From Rebecca billardiae RCC1528 (taxonomy: Eukaryota > Protista > Haptophyta): DNA of 64,000 nt. This document shows, in pieces, positions 1-10,008 of the stretch (its first letter is position 1; every line of letters begins with the position of its first letter). A program made the position numbers and the translations under genes. The notes beneath the pieces were generated by a model. It was not told where the DNA came from. It made no database searches and was given only the letters and a program-made list of their open reading frames with translations. The stretch lies in NCBI GenBank assembly GCA_965240325.2, contig OZ251255.1, positions 248,001 to 312,000 of the forward strand, written 5' to 3'.

Positions 1-249
1 TCGCCAACCTGCTCTTCAACTGATGATCGATGATGACGATGGCTATGATGCAGGTCTGACAGCTCGCCGGAACGACTCGATCTGCCTAATAACCGTGCGT
101 ATGCCAGTAGTAGTATGGCACCGCCGCCGCCAGATATCGGATCGGATCATCGGACAATACGCCTGTTTTATTATTTGCGCGCGTGCTGTTTAGCCATGGC
201 CAGTGCCGCCAGCCCACGGTCAGACCGACTGATGATGACTATATGTGTA

Positions 250-2219
250 AACTTTTCTGAGGATAGCGCACCAGCAAAATGAAAAATCCCTTGACCGCCA
301 TCCGGATTTTACGGAGGCCGCGTTTGGACGCAGAAACGCGCGATGGCGAGGCCCGCCCTCGCACCACCGCTCTCGCGAGATCGCGACCGTGCGACCTGCG
401 GCGTTGCGCTCGACGCGCTCTTTCTGCTCGGAGGCCGCGAGGACTCCCAGGTGCGCCAGCTCGCGAGCGCGCACCTTCCTCCTCGCCGCGCTCGCCGAGC
501 ACGAGCCGATCTGCAGCAGATGTGCAAGGAGCCGCATGTGGCCTTCCTCGCGCGCGCGGCACGGCTGCACACGAAAATCGTTAGAGGGCACTTCTCCGCG
601 CATTCTACATTTTGGGGAAAGAACGCCTGAACTGCACAAAAAGTGCCCTCTAACGCTTCCGCTCCTCGCCGTTGCGTGCACGCGCAAAGGAGCACTGCAA
701 AGGGTGCGACTGGGAGCATTCCTTCTCCCGGGCGGCCACCACGGCCTCGGAGGTGGTGAGGAACGCGTCGGCGACCACGGCGTGGACCACCTCCGTCGCG
801 CCGGACACTCCGGTCGCCCCTCGCCGGACTCCATCCTCGCTGCGCGCTGACCGTTTGCCGAGCGGGCTGCCCCGCCGCCTGCCCGGCGTGTGCCCGCGTG
901 GTGACACAAGATGGTCGAAGGCGTGGCAGCGCGGTGGTGCGTGCGATCGGGGGACCCCACCTGAGCTACGACACGGGCGCGCGCGCTCATCCGTGCTCAT
1001 CACGGTGGTGCACGCGCGCGTCGCGCGCTGACGCTCGTCGGCTGTCGCGCGCTGACGGCTGGGCTGCTTTGGGGTGTCGGCGGCGGCCACAGCTCGCTGG
1101 TACGGGCGCGATGGTGGCTGCGAGTGGTACGCGGCGTTGCACCAGGTCCGTGTGCGTCACGCACGACGCTCGGCCGGCTCGCCCTCGGACCATTGGCTGA
1201 GCCCTACTCGCCGCGCGCACTGCGCGCGGCAGCCGCTCCGCAGCTGCTCCGGGCACGAAGCGCGCCCCGCGCGCTGCACGTGGGCGCGACGAGGTGGTGC
1301 AGCGAGCATGCGCGAGAGTGTGCGCGTGATGGGCACCACAATGACGATACTTGCCATGCACATCTGCCTCTCGCCACGCCTTCGTCACGATAGCTGCGAC
1401 TGCTGCCCGGAGGTGCGCTCGAGCGCTCGCGCGCGTTTGAATCTGGGCTCGGCGGCGATCGCGTGGACGAGGGGCAGCGCGGTGCACGGTGGCGGAGCGC
1501 GTGCGGAGCGCAGCCTACACCTCCTACACGCTCCATCCAGACACATCGCGCATGCTCGCGCGGCCTCCTCGGTCCATCACGTGCGCGTGCGCGCGCGAGC
1601 AGGTGTGCATTCGCCGGGCGCGTTCACGGCGCGCCGCGTTGGCGCGCGCGCACCGATACCCGTGCGCAGCTCGACGAGCGAGCGCGGTGTGTTTCGATGC
1701 GTATGGGGAGGCTCGAATTTACGCGCGCGCACGCGCCGGCCCTCGCCGCCCCTTCGCTCGCCCACGCCTCATCTGCGCGCTCGGCGTTTGCAGGCAGCTG
1801 CGCATTCTTTCCGACACGTGCGCAAACGAGCAGATGGCGCTGGGCGAGGTCGATTGGTGCGTCAGATATTCGGCAACGACCAGGCCCGCTTGTGTGCCGC
1901 CGCTCGTGCTACTCTCGACGACCACCTCTGGCTCGGTCGCGCGCACGAGGCTGCTCGCGGCCGAATCGTGCCGTGTACCGTCAAGCTGTACCGTGCGCAG
2001 CGAGGCGCACTCAGACGTCGGCATGGGCTCGCATGCGAGGGCCCGGCAGTGCGACGCGTCGATGGAGCATGCTCCGGATACGCTTCGGCGCACTTCCCGA
2101 CGCGCACGAGCCGCTCGAAGGCGCGGAAGGGCGCCCAAACGGGGCAACCGCCATTTTGCGCCACTTCGGCCCGGATGGCGGTCAAGGGAAATTGCTGGTG
2201 CGCTATCCTCAGAAAAGTT
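250..2219. mobile_element. Non-autonomous TIR DNA element (~1.97 kb), probable TA target duplication
   Basis: Left end AACTTTTCTGAGGATAGCGCACCAGCAA...TCCCTTGACCGCCATCCGG (250-305) is inverted at 2171-2219 with one short indel. TA lies on both sides (248-249, 2220-2221). No recognisable transposase inside. Confidence 0.8.
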
Positions 2220-2221
2220 TA

Positions 2222-2354
<133 letters not shown>

Positions 2355-2605
2355 TACGTGTACTCAACTGTAGGGGGGCCAAAGTGGCACTGTAGCGTTA
2401 CTGACGGCCACGAGCGCGGGTCCTAGCGAGTGTTTAGAGCTGATTTCGGGCTGGATCATTTGCCCTCTGGAGGGGTCTGGGCCGGCCATGTAAAAAAATC
2501 AGGTGCACATACCCTGAATATAGGGCGTAACGGCTAGCATATTTACTTATTAGAATGAGCCTGAACTTATTGGAAACGGCATATAACGGTCGTCCTATAT
2601 GTGAC

Positions 2606-3327
2606 TGTTGAGCTGACGCAGCCTGGGGCGCGCATCTCAGCAGATGGCGTCGCCGCTGGGACGTCAGGGCCGGCGCCGCACCAGGCGGGCCGGCGGCATC
2701 AGCTACGCAGTGGCTGGCTCTGGCGGCGCGCGCGCGCGGCGCGCGCGGCGGCAGGAGCGCGAGCGCAGCAGCGCTGGCGCGGAGCGACGTGGACGCGGAG
2801 CGCGGACGCGGCAGCGCGGACGCGGAGCGACACGGACGCGGCGCGTGCGCGGGCGGTACGGCCCGGCGCAGCGCGGCACGGATGGCACGCCGGCGGCACA
2901 GGCGGGCGCCATCGTGGAAGAGTCCAAGGAACAACGGACTCGATCACTTCATTCATGGACGCCCGGATTCTCAGTTTTGAGAATCGAGAATCCGGGATCA
3001 TGGGTCCGTGCGCAGCTTACCCAGGTCCGATGACATTACCGAGTACCTGGGGGAAAGATGAGCTTACGGCGGTGCGTCGGTAACGCCTGCGATTGGCGGA
3101 CGCACGGAAGCGGGGCTCAGGAAGGTTACAAGATTCCCGAGCCGGGCCGCAAAACGCCGTGTCACCCTGCGCAACCGAAAGTTGGTTGCGGCAGGAGGAT
3201 TAGCTTCGCTCGTCAGAGGAGCGAGGGTCGAGATTGCCTTCGTGGGCGTCACCGACGACGCGCCCGAGGACGTGCCGGTGAGCTCTTAGCAGGGCTCGAG
3301 ACGCTCGGAGCTCGCGTTTACCCAATA
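2606..3327 (+). repeat. Copia-A 5' LTR (TGTTG...CAATA)
   Basis: Direct repeat of 9287-10008, apparently identical (the ORF-track peptides match). Confidence 0.96.
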
Positions 3328-5948
3328 TGCATGCAGCGATCGGGAGGGATCGTACGCGCGGCGCTTTCTCATCGATCGCGCCGATGGGCACGAGCGGCCG
3401 GATGCACGGCTCGGTCGACGTGGGGATGCTCAACGACAAGGGCAATCAGCAGCGCTGGCTCGCGCAATCGGCGAGCAGGCTGGCGGCGCTTCCGGCGGGG
3501 CAAGGTGCTACGATGTCCGCACTGAACGGCATCATCGTGACGCACGGCCCGAACGCGGAGCACCGCATCAACACGCTCGAGGAGTACAACTCGACGTGGG
3601 CAACTTTCAACCCATCCGCGGCGAAGATGATCAAGGTCAGTGCCGAGCGGATGGACCTGGCGCGTGAGAACTACGCGCTGCAGCAGCGGCTGCTCGACCA
3701 TCGCCACGAGCACGAGCGCCGCGAGCACGCCGAGCGCCGGGCCGCGGCGGAACGCGCGGCGGCGGCGGCGGCGGGGGCGAGGCAGGCGCCAAGCTACGCG
3801 CAGGCTGCCTCGGCGGGCGCGGGGAGTGGTTTAGCCACTCCGGGTGGCCCGACGGCGACCGGACCGGGTTCAGGTCCGGCGGCGGGCGGCGGATCCGGAA
3901 TTTCTCCGGGTCCGGCGGCCGGCACACCCAGTCCGGGTGTGGGCACAGGCGGCGCTGCAGATGCGCCGGCTGGGACTGACGGCGCGACGCCTGCGGGCGG
4001 CGCCGGCGTCGGCGCGGCGCCTACGGGCGGCGCCGGCGGGATCGGTGGCGCGGCGCCCGCGGGCGGCGCTGCCGTGACGCTCGATCCGCGCGCGCGCGAG
4101 CTCTACCGCCGCGAGCGCGAGACCGAGGAACAGATGTATGAGCGGCAGGCGAGCGAGCACGCCATGCTGGACATAAAGCTCCGACAGAGCGTGTTGGAGG
4201 CAGCGCCGGACGGCGACGAGGCGGACCCCGCCAAGTACGCCGGGGCGCAGTACGAGAAAGGGACGGCTTTCTTACGCACCGAGCTGCGGTCGTGGGTGAC
4301 GGAGGCTGCGTGGCAGCACATCAACCGCCTCATGGAGACGCAGCCGGAGGTGCAGGAGGAGCGCGCGCGCCGGGGCGCACTTACGCCGGGGCGCGAGTTT
4401 CTGTACCTGTGGAAGACGATCCTGCGCATGCGCAAGCCCGACGACATGCGGAAGTACATGTCGGTGCGGGCACGCTGGCACCGGACGGTCCTGCCGGATT
4501 GCGGCAAGGACGGCGTCGGCGCCCTCGAGCTCTTCCAGGTGCTACAGCACAACCACGTGCTGCTGCAGGAGCTGAGTGACGCAGCGCCAGCGGCGGAGAT
4601 GCTTGCGCGGCTCATCGAGTTCATTCCGTCGGTGGGCGCGGGCATCGAGATGCGGACGCGGTACGAGTCGAAGGACTACAGGACCGTGACGAACTTCGAC
4701 GTGCAGGAGCTCGTGCACGAGCTCAACGGCAAGTTCGAGGACTGGGACTTCTCCAAGGGCAAGCGGGTTGACCGCGGCGGCCCTGGGCGCCCAGGGGCGG
4801 GTGGCCGCACGCCAGGAGGCGGCGGCGCTACCCGCGCGCACCCAATCGACGGGCTCCGCCTGGCGCAGGCGGCGGCGGCGTCGGCGGGTGGCGGCGGCGG
4901 CGACACGACGTCGCCGGCTGGCCGTGGTGGCGGCGGCGGAGGTCGTGGCGGTGGCGGCGGCGGCACTGGCCGCGGCGCCGGCCGCGGAGGCCAGGACGAC
5001 TCCGACGACGCGCACGGGCCGCGCTGCTACAAGTGCGGCGCCGTGGGGCATATCAAGCGTTACTGCCCGCAGGTGACACAGGCTGATCGCGACTCGAACG
5101 CTGGCGATGACGCGGCGTCGACGCGGTCGGATCGCAGCCGTGGCTCACATCGGAGCGGCGGTGGCGGTGGCGGCGGCGGTGGCGGGGGCAGCACCCGCGC
5201 CGTGGTCGGTAATGGCAACGGCGGCGGCACGGTCCGCACGCAGGTCGCGTTCGCTCCCGAGCAGGGGGACGAGCCCGACGGCGCCGTTGGTGGCGACGGT
5301 GACGCTGACGCCGGAGACGGCGGCGGCGGCGGCGCCGGACTCGGCTTGGCGCCTATTGGCGCGGCTATCGGTGGCAGGGCGCAGCGCGACGAGGACATCG
5401 AGATCGTCGCGGCGCGGGCGGCCGAGGCACGCGTGGCGCCGCCGGAGGACAACACGCGGGCGTTGGTGTTTGACACTGGCGCACGGAAGAACATCGCCAT
5501 GGCCGAGGATTTGACGAATCTTACCCCGGTGGACGGCGCATGTCAGATCGAGTGGGGGAACGGTGCGCGGGAGCGGGTCACTCACCGCGGGACCCTGGTG
5601 GTCAAGCTTGCGGCGGACGACGACAGCGACAAGGTCCTCACGCTCGAGATCGAGGCGTGGGCGTCGCGGCGCGTCACGGCGCCGCTGCTGTCGGTCGAGC
5701 ACTGCGCGGACGCAGGCATCGAGTTCCACTACTCGCAGCGCGGCAACACTGCGGACTTTACGGCGCTGGGAGGCGGCGTCGTGCAGCTGCCGCGCGATTC
5801 CACGCTGCGCGCCGAGATTGTACGGCGCCAGGTGGGGCCGGACGTCGGCGATGCGCCGGCGGAGCAGCGCGCACGGCGCAGGGCGCCAGTGCGGCGCGTG
5901 GGCGCGGGGCGGGGGCGCGTTGGCGCTGCGCCGCCCCCAAACGCCTAA
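3327..5948 (+). CDS. gag: Copia-A ORF1: Gag plus aspartic protease
   Basis: Zinc knuckle CYKCGAVGHIKRYC (~5025-5066); protease LVFDTGA (~5463-5483) followed by the IEWGNG...VTHRGTL pattern and PLLSV; true start could be a downstream ATG. Confidence 0.92.
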   Translation: MHAAIGRDRTRGAFSSIAPMGTSGRMHGSVDVGMLNDKGNQQRWLAQSASRLAALPAGQGATMSALNGIIVTHGPNAEHRINTLEEYNSTWATFNPSAAKMIKVSAERMDLARENYALQQRLLDHRHEHERREHAERRAAAERAAAAAAGARQAPSYAQAASAGAGSGLATPGGPTATGPGSGPAAGGGSGISPGPAAGTPSPGVGTGGAADAPAGTDGATPAGGAGVGAAPTGGAGGIGGAAPAGGAAVTLDPRARELYRRERETEEQMYERQASEHAMLDIKLRQSVLEAAPDGDEADPAKYAGAQYEKGTAFLRTELRSWVTEAAWQHINRLMETQPEVQEERARRGALTPGREFLYLWKTILRMRKPDDMRKYMSVRARWHRTVLPDCGKDGVGALELFQVLQHNHVLLQELSDAAPAAEMLARLIEFIPSVGAGIEMRTRYESKDYRTVTNFDVQELVHELNGKFEDWDFSKGKRVDRGGPGRPGAGGRTPGGGGATRAHPIDGLRLAQAAAASAGGGGGDTTSPAGRGGGGGGRGGGGGGTGRGAGRGGQDDSDDAHGPRCYKCGAVGHIKRYCPQVTQADRDSNAGDDAASTRSDRSRGSHRSGGGGGGGGGGGSTRAVVGNGNGGGTVRTQVAFAPEQGDEPDGAVGGDGDADAGDGGGGGAGLGLAPIGAAIGGRAQRDEDIEIVAARAAEARVAPPEDNTRALVFDTGARKNIAMAEDLTNLTPVDGACQIEWGNGARERVTHRGTLVVKLAADDDSDKVLTLEIEAWASRRVTAPLLSVEHCADAGIEFHYSQRGNTADFTALGGGVVQLPRDSTLRAEIVRRQVGPDVGDAPAEQRARRRAPVRRVGAGRGRVGAAPPPNA

Positions 5949-8900
5949 GCCCGGAACCCGCGCAGGTGCGAGCCACAAACACAACCACTACGGTATCTGA
6001 TACCACTACTACTACGGAGGCGGCGCGAGGCGCTGATCCGGCGTGGTTACGCACTTGGTCGGTTCGAACGGGCACCAATGACCAACGTCTACTCGAGCGC
6101 ACGCGACGCGTGGCCGAGGGGATGGAGGGGGCGAACGCGCGGCGTGAGCCGCTTGACGAGCAGTCGGCGGCGGGCATGACGCGGCGGTCGTTCGCGGACG
6201 CGATGCCGACGGCGCACTACCCTGGGCAGGTGACGCACGTCGACATCTTCTCTATGGCGCGCATCGACTTACCAGTTGGGGCCGATGGCGCACGTGGAGG
6301 GTATCCTCATGGGATCATATTCATCGATGGGCATTCACGTCGATGGCAAGTGTACGCGCTACGCAGCTTGGATGACGCCGAGGTTGGTCGGGCATTCCGC
6401 TGGTACGCGCAGTTGCTTGGAACAGGGGCCATGCACATGTCGCATTGGGTCCTGGCGTCGGGGTGTACTATGGCGCGACGTCATATTCACACCGACGGTG
6501 GCTCGACGTTACTGAGTACGTACGTCGAGGGTGAGCTGGCGAAGCTTGGGTTCTCGTCGACGGTCACGTCGGCGCCCGACTCGCCGAGCTCGAATGGCGT
6601 GGCGGAACGCGCTATCCGCACGCTGAAGTCGAGACTGCGCGCCACGGTCGTTGCGCGTGGAGTCTCGAGGGTCGATTGGCACTACGCGGCGTGGCACGCA
6701 TGCGCGTCGCGCAATCGACTGGCGTCACGTGGTATCGTTCGTGACGATGGAGACATTGAGTGGCTCACGCCGGATGAGCTGTTCTTTGGCAAACGTCCGA
6801 CGTGGAAGCATCACGTGGCGTTTGGCGCGCGCTGCCGCGTGCTGATGCTGGGCGCACGGCGCAATGCATTGGGGCAGCTGAAGCAGCGCGCACTACCCGG
6901 ACGTGTCTATCTCTGGGGTGGGCACGGCGTGCAGTGGCGCGGTACATGGCGCTACGTGCTTGGGTACGTATGTCGTTTAGACGACGGACGTCTCGTTCAC
7001 TCACGTGACGTACGCATCGACGAGACCGACCTGGTCGAGGGGGGGCACTCGTCGCTTGGCGCACCTGACGGTGGCGCGTACGTGGGTGATGGTGACGGCG
7101 CCGCGGTAAGCGGCGGACATCGTCCAGTCGGCGGTGACGCCGACGGTGAGGACGAGGACGGCGATGGCGGCGAGACGCCAGCCGACGCCGGGAATGACGA
7201 CGCGACAGAGTTCGACGTCGGGTACGACGACGACGCAGATGCGTCAACGTCGGGGCGCGGGCGCAGCAGCGTGGACGCGGGACAACGCGGGTGCAGCAGC
7301 GCGGGCGCACAGCCGTCGACGCCGACGCCGCAGGGCGGGCGTGGCGGGGCAGGCGCGTCGATGACGCAGCCGGGTCGGCAGGATCAGATACCGCCGACGG
7401 AATCACGGCGCGGGGCCGCAGCAGATGCTGGCGGGCCGCCGCGCGGCGCAGACGGTGACGACGGCGTGATCGAGGACGCGCCGCCGCCCGGCCTGGATAT
7501 GGGACACGATCCGCTTCGCAGGGATCGGACGTCGCGCCGACGGCCGCAGCTGCTTACTGCCGTCGTCAGCGCCGCGTCGGTGTTCCAGAAGATCAACGTG
7601 AAGGTGCCGACGAACTATCGCGAGGCGATGCGGTCGGCGGAGGCGCCCCAGTGGCAGGGCGCCATGCTCGAGCACTTGGAAGGTCACAAGTTGCTCGGCA
7701 CCTCGGAGGAGGTGGTGGTTCCGGAGGGCACGCGGGTGTTGCCGAGCCAGTGGGTCTTTGACGTGAAGTCGAACCCGGAGGGCGAGGTGACGCGCTTCAA
7801 GGCGCGGTCGGTGCTACTGGGGAACCTACAGCGGCCGGGGATCGACTTTCAGGAGGTCTTTGCTCCGACGATCCGGCCGGAACAAGTGCGACTACTCGTG
7901 GCGATCGCCGCTCAGCAGGCGGGCGCGAGAGTCGACTTGGGTGCAGCGTCGGTTGCGGCGCTGGGCATACTGTCGAAGGGCGACGTCAAGGACGCGTACC
8001 TCAACTCGGAGTTGAAGCCGGATGAGCGGCCTCTCTTCTCATTCCCGCCGGGCTACGTGCCGAGCACGCAGGCGCCGCCGGGGCACAAAGTCGTGGGCCG
8101 GAGCCTGAAGGCGTATCCGGGCCTACGCCAGTCTGGGCGCGCGTGGCATCGCACGCACCGCACCCAGCTGCTCGCGCGCGGCTTCTCGGAGTGTCCGAGT
8201 GCGCCGTGCATCTACGTCAAGGAGTCGGCGCCGGGCGAGTTCATCATCGCGGGCGGCTTTGTCGACGACTTGCTGTTTCTCAACCTGACGCGCGACGCGC
8301 GCGCGGTGGAGAAGCTGGCGGCTGACCTGAAGGAGCATTACGAGATCAAGCTGAGTGAGCGGCTCGATAAGTTCCTGGGCGCCGTGTTTGAAGTTCATGA
8401 CGACGGCATCCTGATGCACCTGGGGCCGTACGTCGAGAGCGTGCTTCAGCGGTTCGGTTTGAACGCGAGCACGCCGGCGCGCACGCCGGAGCCGGCGGCG
8501 CGGACGCAGCTGAGCGACGACGATGAGGCGTTGCTGCAGCGCGCGGAGATTGAGAACTACCAGGCGATGGTGGGATGTCTCATGTTTGCGATGGTCACGG
8601 CGCGGCCGGACATCGCGCACGCGGTGAACATGCTGACGCGACGCATGTCATGTCCGCGGGCGGTGGATCTGGTAAGTGCGAAGCGCGTGCTGCGCTACTT
8701 ACGTGGATGCCCGCGATTGGGAATCTTGTTCAAGTTTGCGACAGATTCCGAGCACCCCGACCTACTTGCTTTCGCTGACTCCGATTGGGCAAGCAATCCG
8801 GTGGAGACCAAGGGCAGGTCAACGGGTGGATACATTGTGTTCTACAATGGGGCGCCGGTGTCGTGGCACAGCGGGCTGCAAGGTACAGTCTCGCTGAGCT

Positions 8901-9250
8901 CGACGGAGGCGGAGTACGTCGCGCTGAGCGATTGCTGCCGCGAGGTGAGCTACTTGCGGAGCATACTCGAGTCCATGCGGCAGCCGCCGCGGGCCGCGAC
9001 GGAGGTGCGAGAGGACAACAAGGGGGCTATCGACCTCGTGGAGAATCCTGTGCACCACAAGCGCTCGAAGCACATCGAGATCAAGCATCACTATGTGCGT
9101 GACGCGCAGGAGGGTGGCAAGGTGAAGGTGGTCAAGGTACACACCTCACTCAACCACTCTGACATCATGACGAAGGCGACGGACGGTGCGACGTTCAAGC
9201 GGCACGTCGACGCCATCATGGTGGACCGACACCCGACGCGCGCGCGGTAA
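5936..9250 (+). CDS. pol: Copia-A ORF2 (-1 frame): integrase, reverse transcriptase, RNase H
   Basis: IN THVD / HTDGG / NGVAER; RT SQWVFDVK...RFKAR, GIDFQEVFAP, DVKDAYLN, YPGLRQSGRAW, FVDD; RNase H ADSDWA, SSTEAEY, EDNKGA, KHIEIKHH. Start placed at the slippery site by inference. Confidence 0.93.
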   Translation, partial: PKRLSPEPAQVRATNTTTTVSDTTTTTEAARGADPAWLRTWSVRTGTNDQRLLERTRRVAEGMEGANARREPLDEQSAAGMTRRSFADAMPTAHYPGQVTHVDIFSMARIDLPVGADGARGGYPHGIIFIDGHSRRWQVYALRSLDDAEVGRAFRWYAQLLGTGAMHMSHWVLASGCTMARRHIHTDGGSTLLSTYVEGELAKLGFSSTVTSAPDSPSSNGVAERAIRTLKSRLRATVVARGVSRVDWHYAAWHACASRNRLASRGIVRDDGDIEWLTPDELFFGKRPTWKHHVAFGARCRVLMLGARRNALGQLKQRALPGRVYLWGGHGVQWRGTWRYVLGYVCRLDDGRLVHSRDVRIDETDLVEGGHSSLGAPDGGAYVGDGDGAAVSGGHRPVGGDADGEDEDGDGGETPADAGNDDATEFDVGYDDDADASTSGRGRSSVDAGQRGCSSAGAQPSTPTPQGGRGGAGASMTQPGRQDQIPPTESRRGAAADAGGPPRGADGDDGVIEDAPPPGLDMGHDPLRRDRTSRRRPQLLTAVVSAASVFQKINVKVPTNYREAMRSAEAPQWQGAMLEHLEGHKLLGTSEEVVVPEGTRVLPSQWVFDVKSNPEGEVTRFKARSVLLGNLQRPGIDFQEVFAPTIRPEQVRLLVAIAAQQAGARVDLGAASVAALGILSKGDVKDAYLNSELKPDERPLFSFPPGYVPSTQAPPGHKVVGRSLKAYPGLRQSGRAWHRTHRTQLLARGFSECPSAPCIYVKESAPGEFIIAGGFVDDLLFLNLTRDARAVEKLAADLKEHYEIKLSERLDKFLGAVFEVHDDGILMHLGPYVESVLQRFGLNASTPARTPEPAARTQLSDDDEALLQRAEIENYQAMVGCLMFAMVTARPDIAHAVNMLTRRMSCPRAVDLVSAKRVLRYLRGCPRLGILFKFATDSEHPDLLAFADSDWASNPVETKGRSTGGYIVFYNGAPVSWHSGLQGTVSLSSTEAEYVALSDCCREVSYLRSILESMRQPPRAATEVREDNKGAIDLVENPVHHKRSKHIEIKHHYVRDAQEGGKVKVVKVHTSLNHSDIMTKATDGATFKRHVDAIMVDRHPTRAR

Positions 9251-9286
9251 GCGGCGCAGCTCGCGGCTATGGCTGTCGAGGGGGGG

Positions 9287-10008
9287 TGTTGAGCTGACGC
9301 AGCCTGGGGCGCGCATCTCAGCAGATGGCGTCGCCGCTGGGACGTCAGGGCCGGCGCCGCACCAGGCGGGCCGGCGGCATCAGCTACGCAGTGGCTGGCT
9401 CTGGCGGCGCGCGCGCGCGGCGCGCGCGGCGGCAGGAGCGCGAGCGCAGCAGCGCTGGCGCGGAGCGACGTGGACGCGGAGCGCGGACGCGGCAGCGCGG
9501 ACGCGGAGCGACACGGACGCGGCGCGTGCGCGGGCGGTACGGCCCGGCGCAGCGCGGCACGGATGGCACGCCGGCGGCACAGGCGGGCGCCATCGTGGAA
9601 GAGTCCAAGGAACAACGGACTCGATCACTTCATTCATGGACGCCCGGATTCTCAGTTTTGAGAATCGAGAATCCGGGATCATGGGTCCGTGCGCAGCTTA
9701 CCCAGGTCCGATGACATTACCGAGTACCTGGGGGAAAGATGAGCTTACGGCGGTGCGTCGGTAACGCCTGCGATTGGCGGACGCACGGAAGCGGGGCTCA
9801 GGAAGGTTACAAGATTCCCGAGCCGGGCCGCAAAACGCCGTGTCACCCTGCGCAACCGAAAGTTGGTTGCGGCAGGAGGATTAGCTTCGCTCGTCAGAGG
9901 AGCGAGGGTCGAGATTGCCTTCGTGGGCGTCACCGACGACGCGCCCGAGGACGTGCCGGTGAGCTCTTAGCAGGGCTCGAGACGCTCGGAGCTCGCGTTT
10001 ACCCAATA
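9287..10008 (+). repeat. Copia-A 3' LTR
   Basis: Follows the polypurine tract; ends CCCAATA then TSD GTGAC. Confidence 0.96.

Larger units (their letters stand above)
2606..10008 (+). mobile_element. Full-length Ty1/copia LTR retrotransposon (copia-A)
   Basis: Two 722-bp LTRs, 5-bp TSD GTGAC (2601-2605, 10009-10013), polypurine tract GAGGGGGGG (9278-9286), domain order gag-PR-IN-RT-RNaseH. Confidence 0.97.

Noticed and set aside
3328-3345. Tf1-type self-priming site for copia-A
   Set aside because: I could not find the complement of this sequence in the LTR by eye; left unresolved.
5540-5935. Independent translation start of copia-A pol at ATG 5540
   Set aside because: The overlap translates as Arg/Gly-rich shadow of the protease frame. 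Pol-like sequence starts only after the slippery site, though internal initiation cannot be fully excluded.
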